Both the position numbers and the translations under genes were made by a program. This document shows positions 1 to 8,692 of a stretch of 54,505 bases of DNA, piece by piece; positions within the stretch are counted from its first letter, which is position 1, and every line of letters starts with the position of its first letter. Where the stretch lies: contig JADFJT010000002.1 of the NCBI GenBank assembly GCA_022566015.1, positions 1 to 54,505 on the forward strand, in the 5' to 3' direction. The notes under the pieces were generated by a model. It did not search any database. It was given only the letters and a program-made list of their open reading frames with translations, and was not told the DNA's origin. This DNA comes from Pseudomonadota bacterium (lineage in GTDB: Bacteria; Pseudomonadota; Gammaproteobacteria; GCA-001735895).

Positions 1-561
1 ATCATCGATCGAGACGCCGTGGTATTCGATTGGAAAAGGTGCGTGGTAGAGTTCCGCCGGAAACGGGCCAAACAGATTCTTGTAAGGCGTGATTTTACCG
101 GTCAGTCCCATTGCCAGCAAGGTGCGACCGTGAAAACCACCACTGAACGCAATGACGCCGCGGCGGCCGGTGTAGGCGCGAGCAATCTTAATGGTATTTT
201 CGACAGCTTCCGCACCGGTGGTGACGAAGATCGTTTTTTTCTTCGACGATCCCGGAGCCAGTTCATTGAGCTTTTCTGCGAGTCGTACCGAACTATCATA
301 GGGTGTGACCATCACACAGGTGTGGCTGAAGTTTTGCAACTGCTCGGCCACTGCCGCGATAATTTTCGGATGGCTGTGTCCGGCGCTACAAACTGCGATA
401 CCGGTACCAAAATCGATATATCTTTTGCCTTCGACATCCCAAATTTCAGAACCCAGAGCGCGTTCGACAAATACCGGTGCCAGATTACCCTGCCCACGGG
501 CAACCGCATCATTTTTACGCGCCTGCCATTCCTTGTTCGAGAGCTTTGTTGCTTGTGCCAT
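1..561 (-). CDS. gabT: 4-aminobutyrate aminotransferase (class III PLP aminotransferase), N-terminal 187 codons; 3' end runs off the window
   Basis: Absent from the ORF track because it has no stop inside the window. Minus-strand translation from ATG 561-559: MAQATKLSNKEWQARKNDAVARGQGNLAPVFVERALGSEIWDVEGKRYIDFGTGIAVCSAGHSHPKII...TTGAEAVENTIKIAR...FSGGFHGRTLLAMGLTGK. This is a typical GabT N-terminus. It starts 17 nt after the gabD stop. Confidence 0.85.
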   Translation of the reverse strand, partial: MAQATKLSNKEWQARKNDAVARGQGNLAPVFVERALGSEIWDVEGKRYIDFGTGIAVCSAGHSHPKIIAAVAEQLQNFSHTCVMVTPYDSSVRLAEKLNELAPGSSKKKTIFVTTGAEAVENTIKIARAYTGRRGVIAFSGGFHGRTLLAMGLTGKITPYKNLFGPFPAELYHAPFPIEYHGVSIDD

Positions 562-578
562 TTTTAACTGCGCTTCAC

Positions 579-2042
579 TCATTGGTCTATCCCTCCGATG
601 CACATGTATTTTATTTCGAGATAGTCATCGAGGCCGTATTTAGAACCTTCGCGCCCCTGGCCGGATTCCTTCACACCACCAAAGGGCGCCATTTCATTCG
701 AGATAATGCCCTCGTTAATGCCGACGATGCCATACTCTAGGGCCTCGGCTACGCGCCAGATTCGCCCGATATCGCGCGAGTAAAAATAACAGGCCAGGCC
801 AAATTCAGTATCGTTGGCCCTTTGGATCGCTTCTTCTTCGGTCTTGAACTTGAATAGCGGGGCGACTGGGCCGAATATTTCCTCACGGAATACGCGCATA
901 TCGTCGGTCACATTGGTCAGAATCGTAGGCTCGACAAAATTCTTACCCAGGTCCGAACCTTTGCCCCCGATTACTACGGTGGCTCCCTTGCTCACGGCAT
1001 CGTCTACAAACGCAAGCACATCCTTAGCCGCTTTTTCGGTTATCAGCGGGCCAATATTCACACCCTCGTGGGCGCCGTTACCCATTTTGAGTTTGCTTAC
1101 CGCCTCGGTGAGCTTTTCGACGAAGGCATCGTAGCAGCCTTCCTGTACCAGAATACGATTCGCACACACACAGGTCTGGCCGGCGTTGCGATACTTGCTA
1201 ATCATCGCCCCTGCTACAGCGGATTCAAGGTTGGCGTCATCGAAAACGATAAACGGAGCATTGCCACCCAGTTCCATCGATGTACGTTTTACAGTCCGGG
1301 CACATTCAGCCATCAACTGTTTACCTACCGGTGTAGAGCCGGTAAAGGTTAATTTTCTAACTATAGGATTCGAGGTCAACTCAGCCCCTATCGCCGCAGT
1401 TTCGCCGGTCACAATGTTAATTACACCGGCCGGGATTCCGGCACGCTCAGCTAGCTCGACAAAGGCATAAGCAGAAAGTGGCGTCGCGTTGGCTGGTTTA
1501 CACACCACGGTACAACCTGCCGCCAGAGCCGGGGCTATCTTTCGCGTCAGCATCGCGTTGGGAAAATTCCACGGCGTTATACAGGCCACCACACCAATGG
1601 GTTGCTTGATACAGACGATTCGTTTGTCGTTCGAAGGCTGCGGTATGGTGTCGCCGTAAACACGTTTGCCTTCCTCGGCAAACCACTCGATGTAACTGGC
1701 TCCATAAGCGATTTCACCACGTGATTCGGCCAGTGGCTTGCCCTGTTCGGTGGTCATGATTATCGCCAGGTCTTCTTGCGCTTCCATCATCAGGTTGAAC
1801 CATTTGCGCAGGTAGACGCTGCGTTCCTTGGCTGTCTTTTGTCGCCAGGCGGGTAATGCAGCATTCGCTGCCTCGATCGCGCGCCTGGTTTCAGCGGTGC
1901 CGCACTTCGCGACTTCGGCGATTACTTCGCCATTGGCCGGGTTGGTAACCGCCAGCGTAGCGCCATTGTCGGCGTCTACCCATTGTCCGTTGATGTAAGC
2001 CTGGGTCTTGACCAGGATAGGGTCGGAAATTTGTATGCTCAT
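579..2042 (-). CDS. gabD: succinate-semialdehyde dehydrogenase (aldehyde dehydrogenase family)
   Basis: The track ORF 579..2246 has a 68-aa non-homologous N-terminal extension that overlaps the divergent mttB-like gene. The plausible start is MSIQISDPILVKTQAYINGQWVDADNG at 2042, giving 487 aa. The sequence is ALDH-like throughout (ITPWNFP, ELGGNAP, EEIFGPV). It is operonic with gabT. Confidence 0.85.
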   Translation of the reverse strand: MSIQISDPILVKTQAYINGQWVDADNGATLAVTNPANGEVIAEVAKCGTAETRRAIEAANAALPAWRQKTAKERSVYLRKWFNLMMEAQEDLAIIMTTEQGKPLAESRGEIAYGASYIEWFAEEGKRVYGDTIPQPSNDKRIVCIKQPIGVVACITPWNFPNAMLTRKIAPALAAGCTVVCKPANATPLSAYAFVELAERAGIPAGVINIVTGETAAIGAELTSNPIVRKLTFTGSTPVGKQLMAECARTVKRTSMELGGNAPFIVFDDANLESAVAGAMISKYRNAGQTCVCANRILVQEGCYDAFVEKLTEAVSKLKMGNGAHEGVNIGPLITEKAAKDVLAFVDDAVSKGATVVIGGKGSDLGKNFVEPTILTNVTDDMRVFREEIFGPVAPLFKFKTEEEAIQRANDTEFGLACYFYSRDIGRIWRVAEALEYGIVGINEGIISNEMAPFGGVKESGQGREGSKYGLDDYLEIKYMCIGGIDQ

Positions 2043-2157
2043 AGCTTTATATCCAGTAAGAAATGATCGCGAAAGCGTAGTAATAGCGACCGATAATAAT
2101 AGCAGTACTCGATAAAAATTTGTACTCTCCATCAGGATTTCTGACAGGGAGAAAACC

Positions 2158-3708
2158 ATGGCCCGCACCCGTCGAAGACGTGGTCGTAAGACCGCCCCCG
2201 AAAACCCTATTGCCATACACCAGATCGATAAGAAGGTGCTGCGCAATCGTTTTGCACCGTTAGAAGCGCTCGACGAAGAGCAACTCGAATTTATCCATGA
2301 TGTTTCGTTGCGACTATTGGAAGAAGAGGGCGTTGAAGTGATAGGCGATCAGGCGTTAGCCCTGTTTCGTCAGGCCGGAGCCTCGGTTGACCAGGCAGGC
2401 GTGGTCCGAATCGACCGTGCCCTGCTACTCGAAACCGTCGCGCTATCTCCGGAACAGTTTACTGTGACCCCGCGAAACAGCGAACAGGCAATGCAGGTAG
2501 GCGGCAACGTGATTAACTTTGGACTGGTATCAGGTACGCCCAACGTACATGATAATATCAATGGCCGACGGGCCGGAAACTTCGAAGATTACAAGAAGTT
2601 GATCAGCTTCGGGCAGTATTTTAATGTCCTCACCTTCTTTGGTAACCAGGCCACTGCCCCAACCGATATGCCTGCCAATTCCCGTCATCTGGATACCACT
2701 TTCATCAATTTAACCCTGTCGGATAAGCCCTTCTTCGCGACCGGCATCGGCGCAGGACGGGCGCGCGATGCGATTGAAATGTCGGCTATCGCTCGTGGTC
2801 TAAGTATGGAAGAAATGAAGAGTAATCCGAGCGTGATGACCAATATCAACGTCAATTCACCGCGCAAACTCGACGACTCGATGGCTTACGGCGCGATGCA
2901 AATGTCCCTGTTCGGACAGCCTGTTACGGTCACACCTTTTACCCTGATGGGTGCGATGACTCCGGTTACCATGGCGGGGGCCCTGGCGCAACAAAATGCG
3001 GAAGCCCTGCTTGGAATCGCGTTACTACAGTTGACCCGTCCGGGGACGCCGGTGGTCTACGGTGGTTTTACTTCGAATGTCGATATGCGCTCGGGGTCTC
3101 CCGCATTTGGAACGCCGGAAAATAGTCTCGCCAATATTGCCGGAGGCCAGCTCGCTAGAAAGTACAGGTTGCCCTACCGTAGCAGCGCCTGTAACGCGTC
3201 AAATACGGTCGATGCGCAGGCGATTTATGAAACCCAGATGGCTCTGTGGGGTGCAGTGATGGGCCATGGCAACCTGATATACCACACTGCCGGTTGGCTT
3301 GAAGGGGGGCTGCTCGCCTCGTTTGAAAAGCTCATAATCGACTGCGAAATGCTACAGCACATGAGCGCGATGCTCGAGCCGTTAAAAATCGATCTGATCG
3401 AGACTGGCCTGGAAGCGATGAGAGAAGTCGGCCCTGGTGGTCATTTCTTCGGCTGTGCGCACACGATGGAACGCTACAGAAATGCGTTTTACCAGCCATT
3501 TTTGAGCGACTGGCAAAATAGCGAAAGTTGGGCATTGGCTGGGTCGAAAGACGCCACCATGCGGGCCACCGAGATATGGCCAAAGATACTGGATGAATTC
3601 ACCCCACCGCCAACAGATCCCGCTATTGAAGAAGAACTTCTGGCCTATATGGCCAAACGTAAAGAAACACTGGGCGGCGAAGAACCGAAGCTGGAGCCTA
3701 CTGAATAG
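2158..3708 (+). CDS. MttB-superfamily (COG5598) methyltransferase, non-pyrrolysine type; substrate unknown
   Basis: 516 aa. An Arg-rich N-terminus (MARTRRRRGRK) is followed by LDEEQLEFIHDVSLRLLEEEGVEV. Length and sequence match trimethylamine methyltransferase-like proteins. The ORF is continuous with no in-frame TAG. Confidence 0.8.
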   Translation: MARTRRRRGRKTAPENPIAIHQIDKKVLRNRFAPLEALDEEQLEFIHDVSLRLLEEEGVEVIGDQALALFRQAGASVDQAGVVRIDRALLLETVALSPEQFTVTPRNSEQAMQVGGNVINFGLVSGTPNVHDNINGRRAGNFEDYKKLISFGQYFNVLTFFGNQATAPTDMPANSRHLDTTFINLTLSDKPFFATGIGAGRARDAIEMSAIARGLSMEEMKSNPSVMTNINVNSPRKLDDSMAYGAMQMSLFGQPVTVTPFTLMGAMTPVTMAGALAQQNAEALLGIALLQLTRPGTPVVYGGFTSNVDMRSGSPAFGTPENSLANIAGGQLARKYRLPYRSSACNASNTVDAQAIYETQMALWGAVMGHGNLIYHTAGWLEGGLLASFEKLIIDCEMLQHMSAMLEPLKIDLIETGLEAMREVGPGGHFFGCAHTMERYRNAFYQPFLSDWQNSESWALAGSKDATMRATEIWPKILDEFTPPPTDPAIEEELLAYMAKRKETLGGEEPKLEPTE

Positions 3709-3780
3709 CAGGGGTTTCCTGACGGTAAACAATCCAGGAATTCTTCAGTCTAGTTCCGGTTTCCTAATAGTTTTCGGCTT

Positions 3781-4020
3781 GGCGTGCGTAACCACCAGTA
3801 TATTTCCACAGGAACGCCGTCCCCTCCCTGGGGGCTCGCACGCAACATCCCTGTTGCCTAACGCCCTGTAAAAACATCCTGGCGGTCACACCTCGATAGT
3901 GAGGCTGCCTCGGGTGGAAGTCCAAAAAACCGTATTTTTCAGGGATGAAAAATCCGAGCGCCCATGGATGGGTTTACAGCGTGTTTTTTGAGATTCTGCC
4001 CGAGGCAGCTAGTACTCATT
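3781..4020 (+). repeat. structured intergenic repeat, family 2, copy D
   Basis: Hand-aligns over ~200 bp with 22171-22478. Shared runs include accac[ca]gtatattt, acatcc[tc]ggcggtcacacctcg, tatttttcagggatg and acagcgtgtttt. Hairpin gcaaca-tccc-tgttgc at 3842-3857. Long-range arms at 3788-3798 and 3879-3889. Perfect 8-bp hairpin atttttca-ggga-tgaaaaat around 3934-3953. Starts 73 nt after the mttB-like stop. Confidence 0.8.
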
Positions 4021-4110
4021 TAGTATCTTTTAAAAATTGCCGATAATTATTTGTCAGGGGCAGTTGCAGATTCGGGGATCGGAATAGTGGTAAACTGGAA
4101 ATAATCGACC

Positions 4111-5076
4111 TCAAAAATCAATTTCAAGCGCCTTACCCTGTTCGACTGCTACTCGAACCACTGCAGATGCGGCGGCTAGATCTTGCAGCCCGACACCGGT
4201 GCCGTCGAACAGGGTGATTTCGTCGTCAGAGCTACGTCCTGGATGCGTGCCATTAATCACATCGCCGATCGGTGTGATATCGCCTTCGCGAACCAATTCG
4301 GCAGCGATCGCATGCTGCACTTCGCCGATAGTGATCGATTGTGCTAACTCGTCGGTAAAGAGCGTTGCTGCGCCAACCAGTTCGGGGTCGACTTCCTGCT
4401 TGCCTTTTGTGTCGGTGCCCATGCAGGCGATATGGGTGCCGGGCTTGATCCAGTCTTTCATCAACAGGGCTTCGTGCGCCGAGGTGATAGTGATAATGAC
4501 GTCGGCTTGCGCACAGAGCTGTTCTCGTTCGACCGCTTCGAACGGAAGCCCGATTTCTTCGGCTACACTGGCGAGCTTAGGTAATTGTTCGGCATGCAGA
4601 TTCCAGGCGACGACCTTTTCGAACGGGCGTTGCTCTGCTGCGGCGCGAAGCTGGAAACTGGCCTGGTGTCCGGCACCGACCATGCCAAGCACCTTCGAAT
4701 CGTGGCGCGCCAGGTGCGCGATCGAGACTGAGCTGGCGGCGGCTGTTCGGACTGCAGTCAGGTAATTACCGCCTACCAGTGCCTGTAATTTTCCATTATC
4801 GGGATCGAACAGGAATACCGTGGACTGGTGATTGGTCAGGCCCTTTGCCAGGTTATTTGGCCAGTAACCGCCCGACTTGAGGCCCAGTGTCAGACCTGCG
4901 CGGTCGAATCCTGATTTGAATCCGTAGAGCGCATCCTGATACCCTATTGCCTCTCGAATGACCGGAAAATTATAGGCGTCGCCTTTGGCCATAGCGGCGA
5001 ATACTGATTCAACTGCGGTGAAAGCATCTGCACGGCCAAATACCTGTTGGCAGACTTCTTCGGAAACTATGATCAT
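4111..5076 (-). CDS. bhcD: ornithine cyclodeaminase/mu-crystallin family reductase; by context iminosuccinate reductase
   Basis: Start trimmed to MIIVSEEV at 5076 (321 aa). OCD family fold with an NAD-binding GMVGAGHQA motif. It is the last gene of a four-gene minus-strand operon matching bhcABCD. Confidence 0.7.
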   Translation of the reverse strand: MIIVSEEVCQQVFGRADAFTAVESVFAAMAKGDAYNFPVIREAIGYQDALYGFKSGFDRAGLTLGLKSGGYWPNNLAKGLTNHQSTVFLFDPDNGKLQALVGGNYLTAVRTAAASSVSIAHLARHDSKVLGMVGAGHQASFQLRAAAEQRPFEKVVAWNLHAEQLPKLASVAEEIGLPFEAVEREQLCAQADVIITITSAHEALLMKDWIKPGTHIACMGTDTKGKQEVDPELVGAATLFTDELAQSITIGEVQHAIAAELVREGDITPIGDVINGTHPGRSSDDEITLFDGTGVGLQDLAAASAVVRVAVEQGKALEIDF

Positions 5077-5089
5077 GATAATTCCGTCC

Positions 5090-6244
5090 TCAGAATGCCA
5101 TACCGCGCGCGGTAATCGGCCACAGGCACTCAACCTTGTCGCCGCGAACACCAACAAACCAGTCATAAACATTGCAGGTCGGATCGCAGTGCCCCGGCAC
5201 CAGTTTTAATCGATCGTTTAATTTGAGCGTATTATTGGGGTCGGTAATCACACCGTGCTCGTCTGCGCACTTGATATACTCGATATCGTCCCGGCCGTAG
5301 ATGACCGGTAAGCCGGAATCGACGCTTTGTGCCTTGAGACCCGCGTCGCAAATAGCTTTATCGGGTTTGGCTTTGGACATTACAGATGTGAGAATGAAAA
5401 GGCTGTTTTCGAATTCTGAAATCAGCCCACCGCTTTGGTCTTTGACACGCTGATAGTCGGCATCCATGAATATATAGGATCCGCATTGCATTTCATTGTA
5501 GATTCCGGATTCACCCTCGAAATAGTAGGTTCCCGTACCGGCGCCGCCGATAATATCGCATTCGAGTCCTTCCGCTTTGAGCATGTCTATGGTTTCGCTA
5601 ACCTGCTTCACGGCAATATCGATTTTACCTTTGCGTTCTTCGAAATCGTGGATGTGCTGGGCCGCACCCTGGTAAGCCTGGATGCCGGAAAAGGTCAGGC
5701 CATTGCTGGCGGCTATTTTCCTGGCGATAGCGACTACCGGATCGCCCCATTGGACGCCGCAGCGGCCAGCACCACAGTCTATTTCGACCAGACATTCGAT
5801 GGTGACCTTATGTTTGCTTGCTGCGGCCGACAGATCGTCGACATTGCTGATGTCATCGACGCACACTAGTACGCGTGCCTTTTTGGCAAGTTGTGCGAGA
5901 CGATCAATTTTCTTCGGATCGACGACCTGATTTGAAACCAGTACATCTTTGATCCCGCCATCGACCAGTGCCTCGGCCTCGGCGACTTTCTGACAGCAGA
6001 TGCCGCAGGCGTCGCCGTGCTCGATCTGATACAGCGCAATATCGGCCGATTTATGCGTCTTGGCGTGGGCCCGATGACGAACTCCCGTTTTTCTGATGAA
6101 GTCGCGCATGATCTTCACATTATTTTCGAAAGCATCCAGATCGACGATGAGCGCAGGAGTCGATACCTCATCGATGGACATGCCAACTTCGGCGGGCACG
6201 TTTAAACCTACTACCAGGGAATGAGTCTTATTGATTGCGTTCAT
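5090..6244 (-). CDS. bhcC: DSD1/D-threonine-aldolase-like PLP enzyme (alanine racemase N-terminal fold); by context beta-hydroxyaspartate aldolase
   Basis: 384 aa. TPALIVDLDAFENNV...RHRAHAKTHKSADIA carries the PLP-lysine motif of the DSD1 family. Position in the operon matches bhcC. Confidence 0.7.
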   Translation of the reverse strand: MNAINKTHSLVVGLNVPAEVGMSIDEVSTPALIVDLDAFENNVKIMRDFIRKTGVRHRAHAKTHKSADIALYQIEHGDACGICCQKVAEAEALVDGGIKDVLVSNQVVDPKKIDRLAQLAKKARVLVCVDDISNVDDLSAAASKHKVTIECLVEIDCGAGRCGVQWGDPVVAIARKIAASNGLTFSGIQAYQGAAQHIHDFEERKGKIDIAVKQVSETIDMLKAEGLECDIIGGAGTGTYYFEGESGIYNEMQCGSYIFMDADYQRVKDQSGGLISEFENSLFILTSVMSKAKPDKAICDAGLKAQSVDSGLPVIYGRDDIEYIKCADEHGVITDPNNTLKLNDRLKLVPGHCDPTCNVYDWFVGVRGDKVECLWPITARGMAF

Positions 6245-6298
6245 TATGTTCTCTCGTTGTTTATATTTGGGGGAGTCGCTGAATAGTTAAGACGCTAT

Positions 6299-7270
6299 TT
6301 AGCTATTCATCCAGGGTAATTTTTTAAGGTCCACGTTGCCGCCTGTGAGAATGACACCCACGCGCTTTCCGGCAAATAATTCCCGGTTCTTGATAATCGT
6401 CGCCAGCGGTACTGCTGAACTGGGCTCGATCACAATTTTCATGCGTTGCCAGGTGAGATACATGGCCTCGATTATCTCTTCCTCCGTTGCCAGCAAAACA
6501 TCGCTCAGGTAAGTCGATATAAAATGCCAGGTATGCGGGCGCAGGCTGACTTTCAATCCGTCGGCAACGGTTTGAGGTGCATCGTCTTCGATGATTTTTC
6601 CGGCCTTGAGCGAGCGATAAGCATCGTCGGCGTTCTTTGGTTCGGCCGCGTAAATTTTGGTGTCGGGTGATATATTCGACAGCGTCAGACAGGTTCCAGA
6701 TATCATGCCGCCGCCGCCTATGGGTGCGACCACCGCATCCAGAGGCCCCACTTCTTCATGTAATTCGAGCGCACAGGTTGCCTGCCCGGCGATTACCCGG
6801 TGATCGTTGTAGGGATGGACGAAATCGGCCCCGGTACGCGCGACCAATTCTTCCAGCATCGCCTCACGTGCGGTTGTCGATGGTTCGCATTCGAACACTT
6901 CCCCACCATATCCACGTACAGCCGCTTTTTTAGCTTCGGGAGCAGTATTGGGCATCACCACCGACGCCTTGATTCCCCGCCTGCTTGCTGCGTAACTCAA
7001 CGACAGGGCATGATTACCGGAGGAGTGTGTGGCCACGCCCTTGCTGGCCTGCTCTTCGCTCAGGCCAAATACTGCGTTCGAAGCGCCACGCACCTTGAAT
7101 ACGCCTGCTTTCTGGAAATTTTCACATTTAAAGAACAGCTCTGCGCCAGTGAGTTGGTTCAGGTAACTTGACGTCAACACCGGTGTACGGTGGATGTAAG
7201 GTTTTATGCGCTCGCGCGCCGCCATCACGTCATCGTAAGTCGGGATATAAATTGATTCGGATTCACTCAT
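6299..7270 (-). CDS. bhcB: fold-type II PLP dehydratase (serine/threonine dehydratase-serine racemase family); by context beta-hydroxyaspartate dehydratase
   Basis: 323 aa. FFKCENFQKAGVFKVRGASNAV carries the PLP-lysine. HSSGNHA and a GGGGMISG glycine loop are present. Confidence 0.7.
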   Translation of the reverse strand: MSESESIYIPTYDDVMAARERIKPYIHRTPVLTSSYLNQLTGAELFFKCENFQKAGVFKVRGASNAVFGLSEEQASKGVATHSSGNHALSLSYAASRRGIKASVVMPNTAPEAKKAAVRGYGGEVFECEPSTTAREAMLEELVARTGADFVHPYNDHRVIAGQATCALELHEEVGPLDAVVAPIGGGGMISGTCLTLSNISPDTKIYAAEPKNADDAYRSLKAGKIIEDDAPQTVADGLKVSLRPHTWHFISTYLSDVLLATEEEIIEAMYLTWQRMKIVIEPSSAVPLATIIKNRELFAGKRVGVILTGGNVDLKKLPWMNS

Positions 7271-7300
7271 ATCGATTTCAGAATTCTCGGGTAGTCTGGC

Positions 7301-8476
7301 TTATACGGATTTGACGGTTTCACGGTAATAGCGCTGCGCGGCGGCCACACCAATACCCAGCTCGATCGGGTAGTTTAAGTCCTTCATCGCCATTTCGATA
7401 GCGGCCACACCGGATAATGCCATCACGTCAGTCATCGACCCCAGATGGCCGATTCGAAACGCCTTACCCGCCATTTCGCCGAGTCCAATACCAAACGAAA
7501 CACGGTAGGTATTGTAGGCATGGTTGGTGAGTTCGTCGCTGTTAAATCCTTCGGGCACGTAGATTGCGCTCACGGTATCCGAATAGAGGTCGGGTGATTC
7601 TGCGCAAAGGCGCATTTCCCAGGCAGCGACCGCCCGGCGAATTCCCTCGGCAATGCGATGATGGCGTGCGAACACATGATCGAGACCTTCTGCAAATAAC
7701 ATGTCGAGGCTCGCGCGCAACCCATGAATGAGCTGAATCGGTGGGGTATAGGGGTAGCCGCCTTTTTTGGTGGCGGCGAGCATCTCCCCGAAATCAAAGA
7801 AGCATCGGGGGCACCTGGCCTGTTTGGTGGCTTCCATCGCTTTTTCGCTCACGGCGACTATAGCCATTCCGGTCGCGAGCATGAACCCTTTTTGCGACCC
7901 GGATAATGCGATATCCACACCCCATTCGTCCATTCTAAAATCAATACTCGCGAGTGAGCTCACACAATCGACGTATAACATTGCGGGGTGATTGCTTGCG
8001 TCGATGGCCCTGCGTACGGCAGAAATATCGCTGCGCACGCCGGTAGCTGTTTCGTTGTGGGTTGCAAGTACGGCTTTGATGCTGTGTCCGGTATCTTCGG
8101 CTAGCCGACTTTCGAAGCGATCCGCAGGGGCGCCGCTACCCCAATTGCACTCGATTACTTCGACATCCAATCCATGGCGCTGGCACAGATCGATCCAGCG
8201 GTGAGAAAACATGCCGTATCGAGCGACTAGTACCTTGTCACCGGGTGACAGGGTATTAGTGACCGCTGCTTCCCATCCACCGGTGCCGCTGGAGGGAAAT
8301 ATAAACATCTCGCCTGTTTCGGTTTTAAATACCTTTTTAAGGTCCTCCAGCACCGGTTTTAACACTCCGACGAAGTCTGGCGCTCTATGATCGATGGTCT
8401 GGGTGTTCATCGCTCGCCGTAATTGATCCGGAATGTTAGTGGGGCCGGGGATAAAGACTGGATTTTGATCGGACAT
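7301..8476 (-). CDS. bhcA: class V aminotransferase (serine-glyoxylate aminotransferase-like); by context aspartate-glyoxylate aminotransferase
   Basis: 391 aa. FIPGPTNIPDQLRRAM at the N-terminus and the SGSQKGFM PLP-lysine motif. It is the first gene of the operon, divergent from an IclR regulator. Confidence 0.7.
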   Translation of the reverse strand: MSDQNPVFIPGPTNIPDQLRRAMNTQTIDHRAPDFVGVLKPVLEDLKKVFKTETGEMFIFPSSGTGGWEAAVTNTLSPGDKVLVARYGMFSHRWIDLCQRHGLDVEVIECNWGSGAPADRFESRLAEDTGHSIKAVLATHNETATGVRSDISAVRRAIDASNHPAMLYVDCVSSLASIDFRMDEWGVDIALSGSQKGFMLATGMAIVAVSEKAMEATKQARCPRCFFDFGEMLAATKKGGYPYTPPIQLIHGLRASLDMLFAEGLDHVFARHHRIAEGIRRAVAAWEMRLCAESPDLYSDTVSAIYVPEGFNSDELTNHAYNTYRVSFGIGLGEMAGKAFRIGHLGSMTDVMALSGVAAIEMAMKDLNYPIELGIGVAAAQRYYRETVKSV

Positions 8477-8692
8477 TTCGGTTCCTGTGTTCTACTGAGT
8501 GACTAAATTATAAACTTTGGGTTGTTTTTTACAATTATTCTGAAAATATATTTCAAAATAATAATTAATTTATAACTTATTGATTATAAGGTATAATTAT
8601 TTTTTTATTATTTATAATAAATAACTTATAGAAAATTATTTTATTTATTTTTATACTCTTCCAGGCTTATTTTTGAGAATCGAGACACCATT
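8477..8692. promoter_or_regulatory. divergent bhcA/bhcR control region, extremely AT-rich; candidate operator TGAAA-N5-TTTCA at 8541-8555
   Basis: 216-bp intergenic region that is almost pure A/T from ~8500 to 8660. It contains the palindrome tgaaaatatatttca (8541-8555), four TTATAA-type hexamers, ataacttat twice (8572-8580 and 8620-8628), and a perfect tataat at ~8592-8597. Confidence 0.4.

Noticed and set aside
19-643. Plus-strand ORFs 19..567 (182 aa) and 305..643 (112 aa) from the track
   Set aside because: They lie antisense to a minus-strand frame that translates into a textbook GabT N-terminus. Their own translations are low-complexity and Arg/Cys-rich with no family resemblance.
2043-2246. 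68-codon N-terminal extension of the gabD ORF (track start 2246)
   Set aside because: The extension has no ALDH homology, crosses the divergent promoter region and overlaps the mttB-like start. MSIQISD at 2042 gives a normal-length GabD.
2158-3708. Possible pyrrolysine (in-frame TAG) in the MttB-family gene
   Set aside because: The ORF is continuous over 516 codons with no internal amber codon, so it is the non-Pyl type.
4111-7270. Alternative reading of the OCD-family and dehydratase genes as ectoine-utilisation eutC/eutB, with the M24 gene as doeA and gabDT as doeCD
   Set aside because: There is no DoeB-type deacetylase, EutA or AsnC-type regulator. The extra class V aminotransferase, DSD1-type aldolase and IclR regulator in bhcR/ABCD order fit the beta-hydroxyaspartate cycle much better. 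This still needs a phylogeny.
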